A DNA stretch of 64,000 bases from contig JAQWFB010000001.1 in NCBI GenBank assembly GCA_028704635.1, positions 133,541-197,540 of the forward strand, read 5' to 3'. Shown here piece by piece: positions 1-10,171 of the stretch. The notes below the pieces were generated by a model. That model worked only from the letters and a program-made list of their open reading frames with translations. It did not search any database and was not told where the DNA came from. This DNA is from Candidatus Shapirobacteria bacterium (GTDB lineage Bacteria > Patescibacteriota > Microgenomatia > UBA12405). The position numbers and the translations under genes were made by a program. Numbering within the stretch: the first letter of the stretch is position 1; each line of letters starts with the position of its first letter.

Positions 1-164
1 TCCTTTAATAATTCTTCATCCGTATCAACTTTAGTATCAGTAATAGCAGTTTTTGAAGCAGAAAGACCAAGAGTCAAAATAATTGCTGATGCTAAAAGAA
101 TAATAATAGCAATCTGTCCTTGACTATTTTTTATTAATTTTTCATTTTTAATTTTATTCATCAT
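1..164 (-). CDS. PilX-like minor pilin, N-terminal part (runs off the window)
   Basis: Read manually from ATG 164: MMNKIKNEKLIKNSQGQIAIIILLASAIILTLGLSASK..., a class III signal (G|Q + hydrophobic helix). Follows the upstream stop by 2 nt. Confidence 0.7.
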   Translation of the reverse strand, partial: MMNKIKNEKLIKNSQGQIAIIILLASAIILTLGLSASKTAITDTKVDTDEELLK

Positions 165-166
165 AA

Positions 167-3100
167 TTAATTTCCCCACTGCCAATTAGTTAAAACTTTA
201 GCAATATCACTAGGCATATTAAAAATTAATTCTGGATTGTAATTAACCACTACCGTTGGAGTTGAGTTATTGTTTATTCTATTATTAGTATCATGATCAC
301 GAAAAAAATTAACACTATCAGCGGCATAAAGACTACCATTAAAAATTAACTGATCAGGACTAGAACCCCCAACATTAATTTTATTGGCTACTAAAATTCC
401 ATCAACTGTATTAACAGTTTGATTAACAGTAATGTTTCCTTTGGCAATAATCATTAAAAATTTATTAATACCTTTTAATATGTCTCCGTTAATAATTAAA
501 TCACCGTCAACAAAGTAAGTATTATTAGTATCAGAACCAAGATCACTAATATTATTTATAGTTTTACCTGCTAAAGTAGTTCCAACTCCTTTCTTAACAA
601 AATATTGGCTGTAGAAATAATCATAGTTAGTATTGTAATCAGCTAGTTTAGCCAAGGCATCAGAATAATACCAATTCTGATAAGAAGATGCACCTTTATT
701 ATTAAGAGTAGGGGCAGCAACTAAACCACCAATACTGATTTGGCAATTATTAGTGCAAGTCGCTGGAATTCCCCCTACAACTTTATTATTACTAATAACT
801 CCACCTCCACTGGCTTGCCACCAAGGATCTTGTATTAAAATTCCAGAGAAGTCAGCTTTTAAGGTTGGGTTACTATCATATGCATTGGCCTCACTAGTGT
901 AAAGAGCGTTTATACATTGCCAATTAGACGCTGATTGATCTTTAAACCTTAAAGTCGGATGTGACATTGTAAAACCATTATTAAATACAAAGTTCTGGTA
1001 GATTGAACCCCAAATTAATTTATTAGATCCACTAGAATAATTTGGAGAACTAACAGACATACTAACGTTGACACTATTATTAGTATCAAAAAAACTAAAA
1101 TCAGTAAGATTAAGAATATACTGATCAGCTGGATTATCAAAACCAATTCCATTAGTGGAGGTACTACAAGTGGCACCACTAGTATCAGTAGAATCATAAA
1201 AAGTGCCATTAATAGAAACTCCACAATCCCAGATCTTAATACTACGGCCTGTATCGAGAATATTAGAACTGATATTGTAATTATCTGTCACAATAGTGTA
1301 AATAGGATAAGTTCCGAGTGACACTCCAGCAGTATTAAAGTCAATATCGAAGGTAGCGACGGCTGTTTCTCCAACTCCAGCAGTGATTAGTGTTGTTGGA
1401 GAAGATTTAGTGTAGACATCACCCAACTTTAATTGAACGTTACTGATTGTGCCATCACTGTCGGTGGCAGTAACTATAAAACGGACTTTCCTTTTAGTGG
1501 AACCAATATCAAAACCAGTGTCACAGACTTGATTTTTATCACCCAATTCTGACGGAACTATTAATCCTGTCGAAACGTTGGCTAAAACGAGACCGTTGGC
1601 AAAAGGGGGGGCGTCGACAATAAAATAACCCAAGGTTGACGACCAACCACTTTCATAAATAGGGTTGATTCCAATACCAACACAAGTATTGTTTTTAACA
1701 TTTACACCCCAACGATAAACAACACCCTTAGTTAAATTATTACTAATAATAGTAGTATCGTTAATATTGGTAATATCAACATCTTTATCTCTAATTCCTA
1801 GTGTACCACCCTCATCATGCCACACTCCAATATTGTAGTAATCTGCCTTAGGATCGGTGCTTTTATTCCAACTCAAATCTATATTAGTAACGTCAGTATA
1901 AACACTAGGAGCACTAGGTGTGCCATTAGGAGTTTTTATTGTTGTTTTAGTTGGATCACCAGCATCTGAAGTTCCACAAGAAGCATCACAACCAGTACAC
2001 GAGATACTTCCGCAATTATTTCCTCCAGTACAAGAACTCCCATCAGTTTGACCACAACTAGGTCCACTACAACTACCACCAGTACAAGAAGCATATAGGA
2101 CAGGTTTAGTTCCAGTACAAGTTCCACATTCGTTTGAACTTGCGTAAGGAACACCATCACAATAATCGCCTCTATCACCACACTCTGGTAGTTTAGTTCC
2201 ATAACAAGTTCCACATCCGTTTGAACTTGCGTAAGGAACATTATCACAATAATTATTTGTATTACCACAATCTGGTAGTTTAGTTCCTTCGCATGTTGTA
2301 TTCGGCCTACAGACTCCAACCTGTTCAGGTTCTGTAAAACCACTACTTTTACAAAGTCCAGCCGCAGTCGTAGTGTTGCAAGAACATGGGTCTGCTTTTT
2401 TACACTTACAACAAGTATAAGGATAACAACCACTAAAGCCAGCATTACGATCAACGCAATTAGCTTCTATTTCATATGAGCTCCACGAACAAGTAGAACC
2501 ACTCTCTGGTTTTTTTGTATAACCACTACCAAGACCATCACAAGTACCAATACAATTTCCACATTTATAACAAAGTGCTGTATTGTCACACTTGTCATCT
2601 TTTATATAACACCTACCATCATTTATCTCAATGGTATATTGAGAACCATCAGTAGCACAGGCACTACCATCCCAACCATCAGCAGTATTACAACTTGCAG
2701 TACAATAAGGTTGAGAGGCACTATGATAAGTGCAATCAGTACCTTCATCAAAACCGTAGCTTTGACCTTCAGTTGTTGGACCTTTCACACAATCATCATT
2801 CTCGTTTGTACAACCACTTTGGCTAAGATAACAATTATAATCATTACCGCTGGCACAGCCCTTACAATTTGTAATATCATATTCTCTACAAGCATAAGCA
2901 CTATTTAATAGTGCGTACATCCATCTAGAATAGCAATGTGAATCATCATTTCCAGTCATTGGACAGTTACAATCATCACTATAACTCAATGACGACTCGA
3001 CCGGTTGACTACAGTCAGAACTGTAACTTAAATAATCACTTGTCCTCTGACATCCATAAGTCGAACTACATTTAGATGGACAAGAATAGTATTCTTTTGT

Positions 3101-3526
3101 TCCTGTACAATAATCATCACAACCATTCCAGCACGATTCGTTCGGATAAATATTGTCAGCACAAGAACAATCTGGACGACATTTTCTTCCGTCACAATAA
3201 TCATCACAACCATTCCAGCACGAATCGCCCACATAAATATTATCAGCACAAGAACAATCTGGAACACATGTATAACAAGATCCATATCTACATTCTCCAC
3301 TATCACACAAATCTGTACAAGAATTATCTGTACTGTAAACAGCCGAGCTCGTATCTGGAGATTGACAATAGTCATCATCACTACAGAAAGCAACCCTCTC
3401 GCACTCGTTATTATAGCTACACCTTGAACATCCACAACGATATCCCTCTGCAACTGGTGCTACATTAAAAGCTAAGATTAGACTTAAAATTCCAAAATAT
3501 AAAATATGTTTTAAACATTTTTTCAT
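167..3526 (-). CDS. Large secreted Cys-rich repeat surface protein with FN3/Ig-like and C-terminal beta-rich domains; putative pilus-associated adhesin
   Basis: Signal peptide, about 500 aa of Cys-rich sequence with 29-aa tandem repeats, FN3-like segment (LSWNK...YRWGV). Lies in the pilus operon. ATG 3526 preferred over TTG 3544. Confidence 0.7.
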   Translation of the reverse strand: MKKCLKHILYFGILSLILAFNVAPVAEGYRCGCSRCSYNNECERVAFCSDDDYCQSPDTSSAVYSTDNSCTDLCDSGECRYGSCYTCVPDCSCADNIYVGDSCWNGCDDYCDGRKCRPDCSCADNIYPNESCWNGCDDYCTGTKEYYSCPSKCSSTYGCQRTSDYLSYSSDCSQPVESSLSYSDDCNCPMTGNDDSHCYSRWMYALLNSAYACREYDITNCKGCASGNDYNCYLSQSGCTNENDDCVKGPTTEGQSYGFDEGTDCTYHSASQPYCTASCNTADGWDGSACATDGSQYTIEINDGRCYIKDDKCDNTALCYKCGNCIGTCDGLGSGYTKKPESGSTCSWSSYEIEANCVDRNAGFSGCYPYTCCKCKKADPCSCNTTTAAGLCKSSGFTEPEQVGVCRPNTTCEGTKLPDCGNTNNYCDNVPYASSNGCGTCYGTKLPECGDRGDYCDGVPYASSNECGTCTGTKPVLYASCTGGSCSGPSCGQTDGSSCTGGNNCGSISCTGCDASCGTSDAGDPTKTTIKTPNGTPSAPSVYTDVTNIDLSWNKSTDPKADYYNIGVWHDEGGTLGIRDKDVDITNINDTTIISNNLTKGVVYRWGVNVKNNTCVGIGINPIYESGWSSTLGYFIVDAPPFANGLVLANVSTGLIVPSELGDKNQVCDTGFDIGSTKRKVRFIVTATDSDGTISNVQLKLGDVYTKSSPTTLITAGVGETAVATFDIDFNTAGVSLGTYPIYTIVTDNYNISSNILDTGRSIKIWDCGVSINGTFYDSTDTSGATCSTSTNGIGFDNPADQYILNLTDFSFFDTNNSVNVSMSVSSPNYSSGSNKLIWGSIYQNFVFNNGFTMSHPTLRFKDQSASNWQCINALYTSEANAYDSNPTLKADFSGILIQDPWWQASGGGVISNNKVVGGIPATCTNNCQISIGGLVAAPTLNNKGASSYQNWYYSDALAKLADYNTNYDYFYSQYFVKKGVGTTLAGKTINNISDLGSDTNNTYFVDGDLIINGDILKGINKFLMIIAKGNITVNQTVNTVDGILVANKINVGGSSPDQLIFNGSLYAADSVNFFRDHDTNNRINNNSTPTVVVNYNPELIFNMPSDIAKVLTNWQWGN
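2105..2287. repeat. 87-bp intragenic tandem repeat (GTKLPDCG...NGCGTCY x2)
   Basis: Two similar 29-codon units visible in both DNA and protein. Confidence 0.9.
3107..3262. repeat. 87-bp-period intragenic tandem repeat (PDCSCADNIY...SCWNGCDDYC x2)
   Basis: Two near-identical 29-codon units. Confidence 0.9.
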
Positions 3527-3675
3527 TTTATTAATTCTTTTCAAGACTACTTAATAAAATTAAAAACATACCATTATTTTTAACATCATAAACTTTAATA
3601 TTAGATTCCTGATTTTGCTCACTAATCATACCCTTATCTTGATTATAAAAAGTAGTAAAAATTTTACTTACCAAC

Positions 3676-4727
3676 CTAGTTACTGTTTTTTTTATCATTC
3701 AGTTTATCAGCTAATAAACCACAAGTAAGCATGTGTCTTACAGTCATTTTATTTATATCTTTTTCATCAACTTCTCTGTAATAAATCAGTTGTCCATATT
3801 TTTTTAATTCTGGCATTTGTTTATATTCTCCCATGTCTATTAATCCCCAAGCCAAACCACATCCTTCTCCATCATTAAATTTATTATTTTTATCACCATA
3901 TAAATCCAAAAATCTATCCAAAGAAACTAAAAAACCTCTATAATCTTCATTGTTGTTTTTCCACTTATACCGAATTGCAAATTCACTTACAAAGTAGCCA
4001 TATTTTTTCAATATGTCAAAATCGTTGCCAGTGATATTGTTAATTTTAATTTTATTCTTAATCAAAATCATCTCAAGTTTTTGTAAATCTTTATCTAATA
4101 AATTAGTTGTATTGCTTTCATCTTTTGCGTCGTAAACCAGAGAATAATCTTCAACCTTTAAAAACTCATACCGAACATCAAAACAAATCTTTTCTGTTAA
4201 GCTTTTAACTTCTTCACTTGCGTTCGGATAATGATATAAATCATATAAAAAATTACAAAGCAAATAATTACTTTGAATCACTTTGACCACCTTTTTGTCA
4301 GTATATTTTTTTAAATCTTCGACAATATTTTTATCAAAATTTTTTTTATATTTTACTTCTCCATCCATAACACTAAAACCACTTCTATTACTTGAAGAAC
4401 CACCAATACAAGCATCACCAGTACAGACTTCGTTTTCACTAAAAACTCCTCTTTTATCCCTTTGTTTTTCTAAAACGTCAACTAATTTTTTTGGTATTTC
4501 TGGATTACTTAAATCAGTCACCATAGTTTTACTAACATAAGAATTAATCGTTGAGGTCTTATTGATACTAATTTTTTTTAAATTTTTCAAAAAAAAATAA
4601 AATCCGCCGATAACTAAAATTAAAATCGCTAGAACAATTAATATAAAATATAAAATTTAAGGGTCTTAATTTTATCTACAGGTAAGGCTAATCTTTGATA
4701 TTTTTTTTCACTTAAATTATCCGCCAT
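3676..4727 (-). pseudogene. Frameshifted single-TM hypothetical protein
   Basis: ATG 4727 gives MADNLSEKK...KTLK and stops early. The TM helix ILYFILIVLAILILVIGGFYFF is in the frame of ORF 3676..4590. One extra A near 4656-4658 restores a continuous ORF. Confidence 0.65.
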
Positions 4728-5049
4728 TTATATAGAAAATATAAACTATTTTTATGGAACAAACAATATGTTATTTAATAATTATTTAATTTTTTTATAT
4801 TCTAGTTTTAATCAATTATTAAAGTAAAAGTTTTTTAATCCTCCTTTTTTGTATTATTCTTCATTTTTATTACTAGATTTAAAAATAACCTATAGCCTGA
4901 AGGGGAGGGATTATATTAAATACAAACATAAAAATCAGGTATTCCAAATCCTATAGTAAAAATACATACACATTCAATACACATCAAATTTAAGTTTAAT
5001 TAGCCGATTTTTATTTAATTTATTGGTCAATTTAATTGAATAATATTTA

Positions 5050-5058
5050 TGTTATAAT
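5050..5058 (+). promoter_or_regulatory. Extended -10 promoter (TGtTATAAT) for the peptidase-VanW cassette
   Basis: TGTTATAAT about 70 nt upstream of ATG 5130, followed by an SD (AAGGAG). Confidence 0.55.
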
Positions 5059-5129
5059 ATTGCAATTTCTAATAAAATAGAAGGGGATCTTTAACATATC
5101 GGATTAATTTAAAAAGGAGAGGATTAGAA

Positions 5130-6185
5130 ATGAAAAAAACAGCAATGTCATTGACTCTGATTTTTTTAATATTTTCAGCTATCTTCTCAACACCAATCGC
5201 AGCAAGAGTAAACAACACAAGTAACGAGGAAGTTATTGTTAACAATATGAAACCTCAGGTTTCAATAAGTTCAACCGTTTCCGGAACCAGCACTACTATT
5301 AGTCTTATTGGTTCCATTGACCACGCTGCTATTTTTAATAACAACAACAATTGGATCGGAAATTTTAAAAAGACAGACAACCAAAAATATGAATTCTTTG
5401 CTTATCCCTTATCAATCGGAGAACACACTTTTATTGTAAAAGCCTCCAATATTAAAGGAGAACAAACACCGGAATCAAATCTAACCACCCAGCAAATAAC
5501 CATAACTATTAAATCTCCCAAAGTAACCAGCAGTATCTATGGTTACAGTGGAGAAGGTAGGCCATTAACTGTTTTTGCCATCGAACCAGAAGTAATCAAA
5601 CACAAAGTTTTAGTAACTTTCGAAATTCACGGTTTCGAAGATTGCTATGCCCGAGACGGTCAAGTTCTTGTCAATATCGCCAACGAGGCAATTTACTATT
5701 TTTCGGTTAATCCTCAACAATTAGGTAACACTGCTCTCTACATTGTTGAATCAGCTAACCCAGACGGTTTAGCCGATGGCTGGACCAATAATGGGCCGGG
5801 CAGATGTACTCTTGGTGGAGTAGACATTAATAGAGACTTTGATTATTGTTGGAACTATCGATCTAATAATCGAAATAAAACCTTGTATCAATTCTCAGCT
5901 CCAGAGTCACAAGCATTACGTAATTTAGTTGTTTCAATCCAACCAAATGATGTAATAGATATCCACGGTTGGATGAATACCACTTATGGAACATCCAGTT
6001 TATGTCAATATTTTGAAAATTCACTAGGAATTGGAAGAAGTAGTGGATTAGGTGGATGTTCTGGTTATTTCGCCGGCTGGTCAATAAATTATGCCCAAAG
6101 AACGGCATTAATTGAGTTACCAAGCCCAAACACTAACCCACAGGAGGTGATCAATGCTGTCGCAAATTTATGTACCAGTATCTAG
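5130..6185 (+). CDS. Secreted M14-family zinc carboxypeptidase (MpaA-like murein peptide amidase) with Ig-like N-domain
   Basis: Signal peptide; HGFE (HxxE), NPDG, DINRDF and DIH motifs; catalytic Glu in ALIEL. Confidence 0.8.
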   Translation: MKKTAMSLTLIFLIFSAIFSTPIAARVNNTSNEEVIVNNMKPQVSISSTVSGTSTTISLIGSIDHAAIFNNNNNWIGNFKKTDNQKYEFFAYPLSIGEHTFIVKASNIKGEQTPESNLTTQQITITIKSPKVTSSIYGYSGEGRPLTVFAIEPEVIKHKVLVTFEIHGFEDCYARDGQVLVNIANEAIYYFSVNPQQLGNTALYIVESANPDGLADGWTNNGPGRCTLGGVDINRDFDYCWNYRSNNRNKTLYQFSAPESQALRNLVVSIQPNDVIDIHGWMNTTYGTSSLCQYFENSLGIGRSSGLGGCSGYFAGWSINYAQRTALIELPSPNTNPQEVINAVANLCTSI

Positions 6186-6207
6186 TATTAAGTAAAGGAG
6201 TGTCGAA

Positions 6208-6870
6208 ATGAAAAAGTTTTTAATTGCCCTACTTATAATTTTTATAGCTGCAGGTTTCAGTTTTTTCATTTGTATGAGAACTGAAACAAATAAAATAATG
6301 AACAATGCAGCGCAAAAACAAGAAACACCCTCCGTGGCAGTAGTAACAACCCCAAAAGTTGAACCAGCACCTAAACCAAAAATTCCTACTGATAAAAAGG
6401 AAATTACATCCACTAAAATACAATTGCCTAATCAACCAGGAACCGTCAATGCCAAAGTCGCTGCTAAAATATTAAATAGACATATTGTCAAATCTGGTGA
6501 AATATTTTCTTACAATAAAGTTGTAGGGGAAAGAACTCGTGACAAAGGTTTCATCCCAGGCACCATGCCCGAAACCGATGCTAATGGCAATCAAATAATG
6601 GTTACAGAAGTTGGAAGTGGTGTTTGTCGCGTAGCAGTTTGGACAGCCACTCAGGCCAAAAAATGCGGTCTTGAAACCATAGAAATTACACACCACAAAT
6701 ATACTCCACAATATATATTAGACAATCCAGGTCTTGTCGACGCTACTGTTTATTGGGATTCTGGAACAGATTATAAGTTCAAAAATACCAAACCTTATGA
6801 CATTTTAATAGAATGTGAAGTAACAGATGGTTGCGTTTTACAAGGCTCTTTTTATCAACTAATTTATTAA
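6208..6870 (+). CDS. VanW-domain membrane-anchored protein
   Basis: N-terminal TM; FSYNKVVGER, GSGVCRV, H-x-Y-T, DATVYW and DYKFKN motifs typical of VanW; AAGGAG SD. Confidence 0.8.
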   Translation: MKKFLIALLIIFIAAGFSFFICMRTETNKIMNNAAQKQETPSVAVVTTPKVEPAPKPKIPTDKKEITSTKIQLPNQPGTVNAKVAAKILNRHIVKSGEIFSYNKVVGERTRDKGFIPGTMPETDANGNQIMVTEVGSGVCRVAVWTATQAKKCGLETIEITHHKYTPQYILDNPGLVDATVYWDSGTDYKFKNTKPYDILIECEVTDGCVLQGSFYQLIY

Positions 6871-6887
6871 TCCGATTTTTAAAATTG

Positions 6888-6929
6888 GGAAGGCAATAAT
6901 CCTTTTTTGGATTAAAACCTTCCCTTTTT
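6888..6929 (+). terminator. Rho-independent terminator
   Basis: GGGAAGG...CCTTCCC stem followed by TTTTT. Confidence 0.6.
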
Positions 6930-6944
6930 CTTGTTTAAAAAACT

Positions 6945-7484
6945 TTAATTCCTTAAAGTTAAGTCAATTGAAAATGATTTAGTTGTCCCACTCGACAAAC
7001 CAAATACTCCCGCTCCTAAACCAAAATTAAATTTAACTTTAGATAATTGCAAAGAGGGAAGGGTTGAGCAAGTTACAAACTCATCACAATTTTTTAAAAA
7101 TAAATCATTATTTCCTTGAAATAAATAAGTCGTCGTTCCTACTGCTGAAATTGAAGCAATTTTATAACCAGCACTCACATTACCTAAACAAGAAATTGTT
7201 ATTTTTTCTCCGTCTTTAACATTTGTTATTGTGATCGAGTTACCACTAACACCCATCGGACAACTAAAATTTTCACCTCCATTAACACCATTACTTTTAG
7301 CATTTAAAATAGTTTTTTTAAGTTCATTTAAAATCCAACTACCATTCTGATTTATTTTGTCAGTTGCTTTATTTTTACTTTGTGAACTAAAAACTCCTGA
7401 CATTATTCCACTTATTGATCCAATAATAACCATAATTAAACTAGTTACTATTAAAATTTCAATTAAAGTAAAACCTTTTTTCAT
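6945..7484 (-). CDS. Type IV minor pilin (PilW-like)
   Basis: KKG|FTLIE prepilin motif. Confidence 0.85.
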   Translation of the reverse strand: MKKGFTLIEILIVTSLIMVIIGSISGIMSGVFSSQSKNKATDKINQNGSWILNELKKTILNAKSNGVNGGENFSCPMGVSGNSITITNVKDGEKITISCLGNVSAGYKIASISAVGTTTYLFQGNNDLFLKNCDEFVTCSTLPSLQLSKVKFNFGLGAGVFGLSSGTTKSFSIDLTLRN

Positions 7485-7897
7485 AACCCCTCCCTTGAAA
7501 AAAGTCTCTCAACTGATAATATTTGAGAATCTCCCCAACGCACCTTAAAAATTAACTTACATTGTGTATCATTACAACTAGCATCACAATAAGTATAACA
7601 CCTATAACCACCACCATTACCCTGACAACCTAAGTTTAAATCAAAATACCAAGGAAGAATTAAAGTACCCGCATAATTATTTACTGTTTGCCAAAAAGCA
7701 AGTGTATTATTTTTACTGTAAAGAACAGTATTTTCAATCATTTGTTGCGACAGCTCTATTGCTTTTTGTCTCTCTGAAGCTATTCTTTTAGCCTTGGCCG
7801 TAACCACCATCAACATCACTACTCCCACTAATACCAAAATTACAATTCCCATCGAAAAAATTATTTCAATTAAACTTTGTCCTTTTTTATTCTTCAT
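7481..7897 (-). CDS. Type IV minor pilin (PilV-like)
   Basis: KKG|QSLIE prepilin motif. Confidence 0.8.
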   Translation of the reverse strand: MKNKKGQSLIEIIFSMGIVILVLVGVVMLMVVTAKAKRIASERQKAIELSQQMIENTVLYSKNNTLAFWQTVNNYAGTLILPWYFDLNLGCQGNGGGYRCYTYCDASCNDTQCKLIFKVRWGDSQILSVERLFSREGL

Positions 7898-8342
7898 AAA
7901 TTAATCCCGATTCATCAATTTTAATTTTTTTAGTCATACCACTACTTCCAGTAATAGTTACTACTACCACTCCATTAATAGACCTACCATCAGTCACACT
8001 AAATTTAATACTTTTATCCACTGCAATCGAAACACCCTTCTGTCCAATATTTTTTGTAGATACTATTCCAATTAAAGTACCATCCTTTTTATAAGATTTT
8101 GACGTCATCAATCCATCATTATTAATTATTACCAATAAACTGTTCCCATTACTCGCAAATTGATTAGTAGCTGCATAATTTCTAGCAAATCTTAAATTAG
8201 ACATTAATTCTTGTTTAATCGATTCTACTTTTTGATTTTCAAAAAAATTATTCAAAGACACTGAACCAAAACCCACTACCAACATCCCAATCGTTATTGC
8301 CACAATCAATTCAATCAAAGTAAAACCAAAATTGTTTTTCAT
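7887..8342 (-). CDS. Type IV minor pilin (FimT/GspH-like)
   Basis: G|FTLIEL motif; C-terminal IKIDESGLI. Confidence 0.8.
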   Translation of the reverse strand: MKNNFGFTLIELIVAITIGMLVVGFGSVSLNNFFENQKVESIKQELMSNLRFARNYAATNQFASNGNSLLVIINNDGLMTSKSYKKDGTLIGIVSTKNIGQKGVSIAVDKSIKFSVTDGRSINGVVVVTITGSSGMTKKIKIDESGLIYEE

Positions 8343-8711
8343 TTACGGATTAGTCACACTATAACCAACACCAGTTTCTTCTAAAGTTGTAGTAATAATA
8401 TAAGTATAACCAGTTCCAGTTTGATCATAACTACCTGCATAATTTTCTCCTTTAGGGCCAATTGGCAGCGCTTGAAGATAATTTGGCACCAATTTTGTAC
8501 TTAAGGTTCCATCAGCCGGATAACTACTTCCAGTTCCTTGTCGGTATAATTCCAAAGCTATTCTTATTTTTTCTAAATCAGCCATTCTTCGATTATCTCT
8601 AGCTTTTTTAGTAGTGCCACTATAACTAATCATTCCCATCACAGTTAATATTGCAATTATTGTCACTGTCACAATCAATTCAATTAAAGTAAAACCATTT
8701 TTTTTATTCAT
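8343..8711 (-). CDS. GspG-like pilin
   Basis: G|FTLIEL; KARDNRRMADL...ALELY. Confidence 0.85.
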   Translation of the reverse strand: MNKKNGFTLIELIVTVTIIAILTVMGMISYSGTTKKARDNRRMADLEKIRIALELYRQGTGSSYPADGTLSTKLVPNYLQALPIGPKGENYAGSYDQTGTGYTYIITTTLEETGVGYSVTNP

Positions 8712-8724
8712 CTTTATTTTTTAA

Positions 8725-9165
8725 TTATTGTTGATTTTTCACACAAAAATGACTACCAGAATTACCAATATCAAAAGTACAAGAATTATTATCTGCATTA
8801 CCATTTTTTACATTTTCAACAACAGCACAAGCACAATAACTAGCTCCAACACCACCGCTATAAGTATATTTATAAGTACTATCGTTTTTAGGATCCACCG
8901 GAAAAGCATTTAAAATCGCCACTCCGCCAGTGCCAGTCCATCCAGTTGCTAATGTACTAGATGGATAAATATAATTATTTTGAGAATAAAATTGTTCTGC
9001 CGCTGTCTGGATTAATCTAATATCTTCCACCCTTCGTGTATCTCTAGCTTTCTTTTGAGCTCCAGAATAAGCCACTGACGCCACTGCAGTCAAAACTCCA
9101 ATAATCGAAATCACTATTAATAATTCAAATAAGGAAAACCCTCCTTTTTTTTTAATTTTCACCAT
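8725..9165 (-). CDS. GspG-like pilin
   Basis: G|FSLFEL; KARDTRR; PVDP. Confidence 0.85.
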   Translation of the reverse strand: MVKIKKKGGFSLFELLIVISIIGVLTAVASVAYSGAQKKARDTRRVEDIRLIQTAAEQFYSQNNYIYPSSTLATGWTGTGGVAILNAFPVDPKNDSTYKYTYSGGVGASYCACAVVENVKNGNADNNSCTFDIGNSGSHFCVKNQQ

Positions 9166-9177
9166 AATTAATTCTAA

Positions 9178-9654
9178 TTAAAACCAACTTTTAACACTAA
9201 TATTAGGACTAGAGATACCATAGCAAAAAGAAGTACCAACAGAATAAGCCGGACTAACACATTGAGCATCACTTTTATTTTCTAAATTAGCAAAAAGATT
9301 AAATTCTTTTGGTTTAACATCAGGGCTATATTTATAAACATATTTATATTCACCTGTATCTTTTGGATCTATTGGCTTTTCTCTCATATAAATAATTCCT
9401 TTATCTCCAGTAAAACCCACATCTGTTGCAAAAAGTTGATCAAACGTCAAAGCCGGAAAAAACCCTGTGTCATTGTAATACATCATTAACGCTTTCGACA
9501 ACGCATCTAAATTAGATTTTCTTTCAACATCTCTGGCTTTTTTTTGAACTCCAGAATAAGCCACCGCTCCAATCATCGTCAAAATTCCAATAATCGAAAT
9601 TACGACTAATAACTCTACTAAAGTAAAACCAAAAATATTTTTATTTTTTTTCAT
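9178..9654 (-). CDS. GspG-like pilin
   Basis: G|FTLVEL; KARDVERKSNL; ANLEN. ATG 9654 chosen. Confidence 0.85.
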   Translation of the reverse strand: MKKNKNIFGFTLVELLVVISIIGILTMIGAVAYSGVQKKARDVERKSNLDALSKALMMYYNDTGFFPALTFDQLFATDVGFTGDKGIIYMREKPIDPKDTGEYKYVYKYSPDVKPKEFNLFANLENKSDAQCVSPAYSVGTSFCYGISSPNISVKSWF

Positions 9655-9658
9655 TTTT

Positions 9659-10171
9659 TTAGTTTGCACAAACCATAAAAATACTATCTACTGTAGCACC
9701 AACACCAACACCACATTTCAATTGAGAATCAGTATCATCATTCCCAGCACCAACCTCCAAACCAACCTCTAACCTAAAAGTATCAACATTATCATCCATA
9801 AAAGCATAACTATAACCAATACTTTTAATCGACGGCATATAAGTAGCACCTGTTGCTAAAACATCCAAACAAGGTGAAGCATCAGAACTAGAAGACCACT
9901 CTCCCGCGCTTTTACCTGGACATTTTGGATAAGATTGATTATCATTGTAATACATCCTTAATGCTGTTTTAATCGAATTCAAATCCTGCATCTTTTGAGA
10001 ATCTCTCGCCCTCTCTCTCATTCCCATAAAATTTGCTATCAATACTGCCGACAGTACTCCAATAATAGAAATCACCACCAACAACTCGATCAAACTAAAA
10101 CCAAACCTACATTCCTTTTCTTTAAGGGGAGAAACGGCAAAGCCGAAAGTGGTTTTATTTATTCGTCTCAT
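9659..10171 (-). CDS. GspG-like pilin with a palindromic insertion in its leader peptide
   Basis: Likely start MRRINK at 10171; G|FSLIEL; RARDSQKMQDL. Confidence 0.8.
   Translation of the reverse strand: MRRINKTTFGFAVSPLKEKECRFGFSLIELLVVISIIGVLSAVLIANFMGMRERARDSQKMQDLNSIKTALRMYYNDNQSYPKCPGKSAGEWSSSSDASPCLDVLATGATYMPSIKSIGYSYAFMDDNVDTFRLEVGLEVGAGNDDTDSQLKCGVGVGATVDSIFMVCAN
10112..10156 (+). repeat. Family-2 palindromic element in a pilin leader
   Basis: TTCCTTTTCTTTAAGGGGAGAAACGGCAAAGCCGAAAGTGGTTTT. Confidence 0.6.

Noticed and set aside
1015-3468. Alternative-frame ORFs (1015, 1936, 2639, 3028, 3076) over the Cys-rich gene
   Set aside because: Shadow ORFs caused by repetitive codon usage; no motifs.
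4728-5040. Possible decayed pilin remnant (MKNNTKKED*KTFTLII)
   Set aside because: Too short and interrupted by stops; expected by chance in AT-rich DNA.
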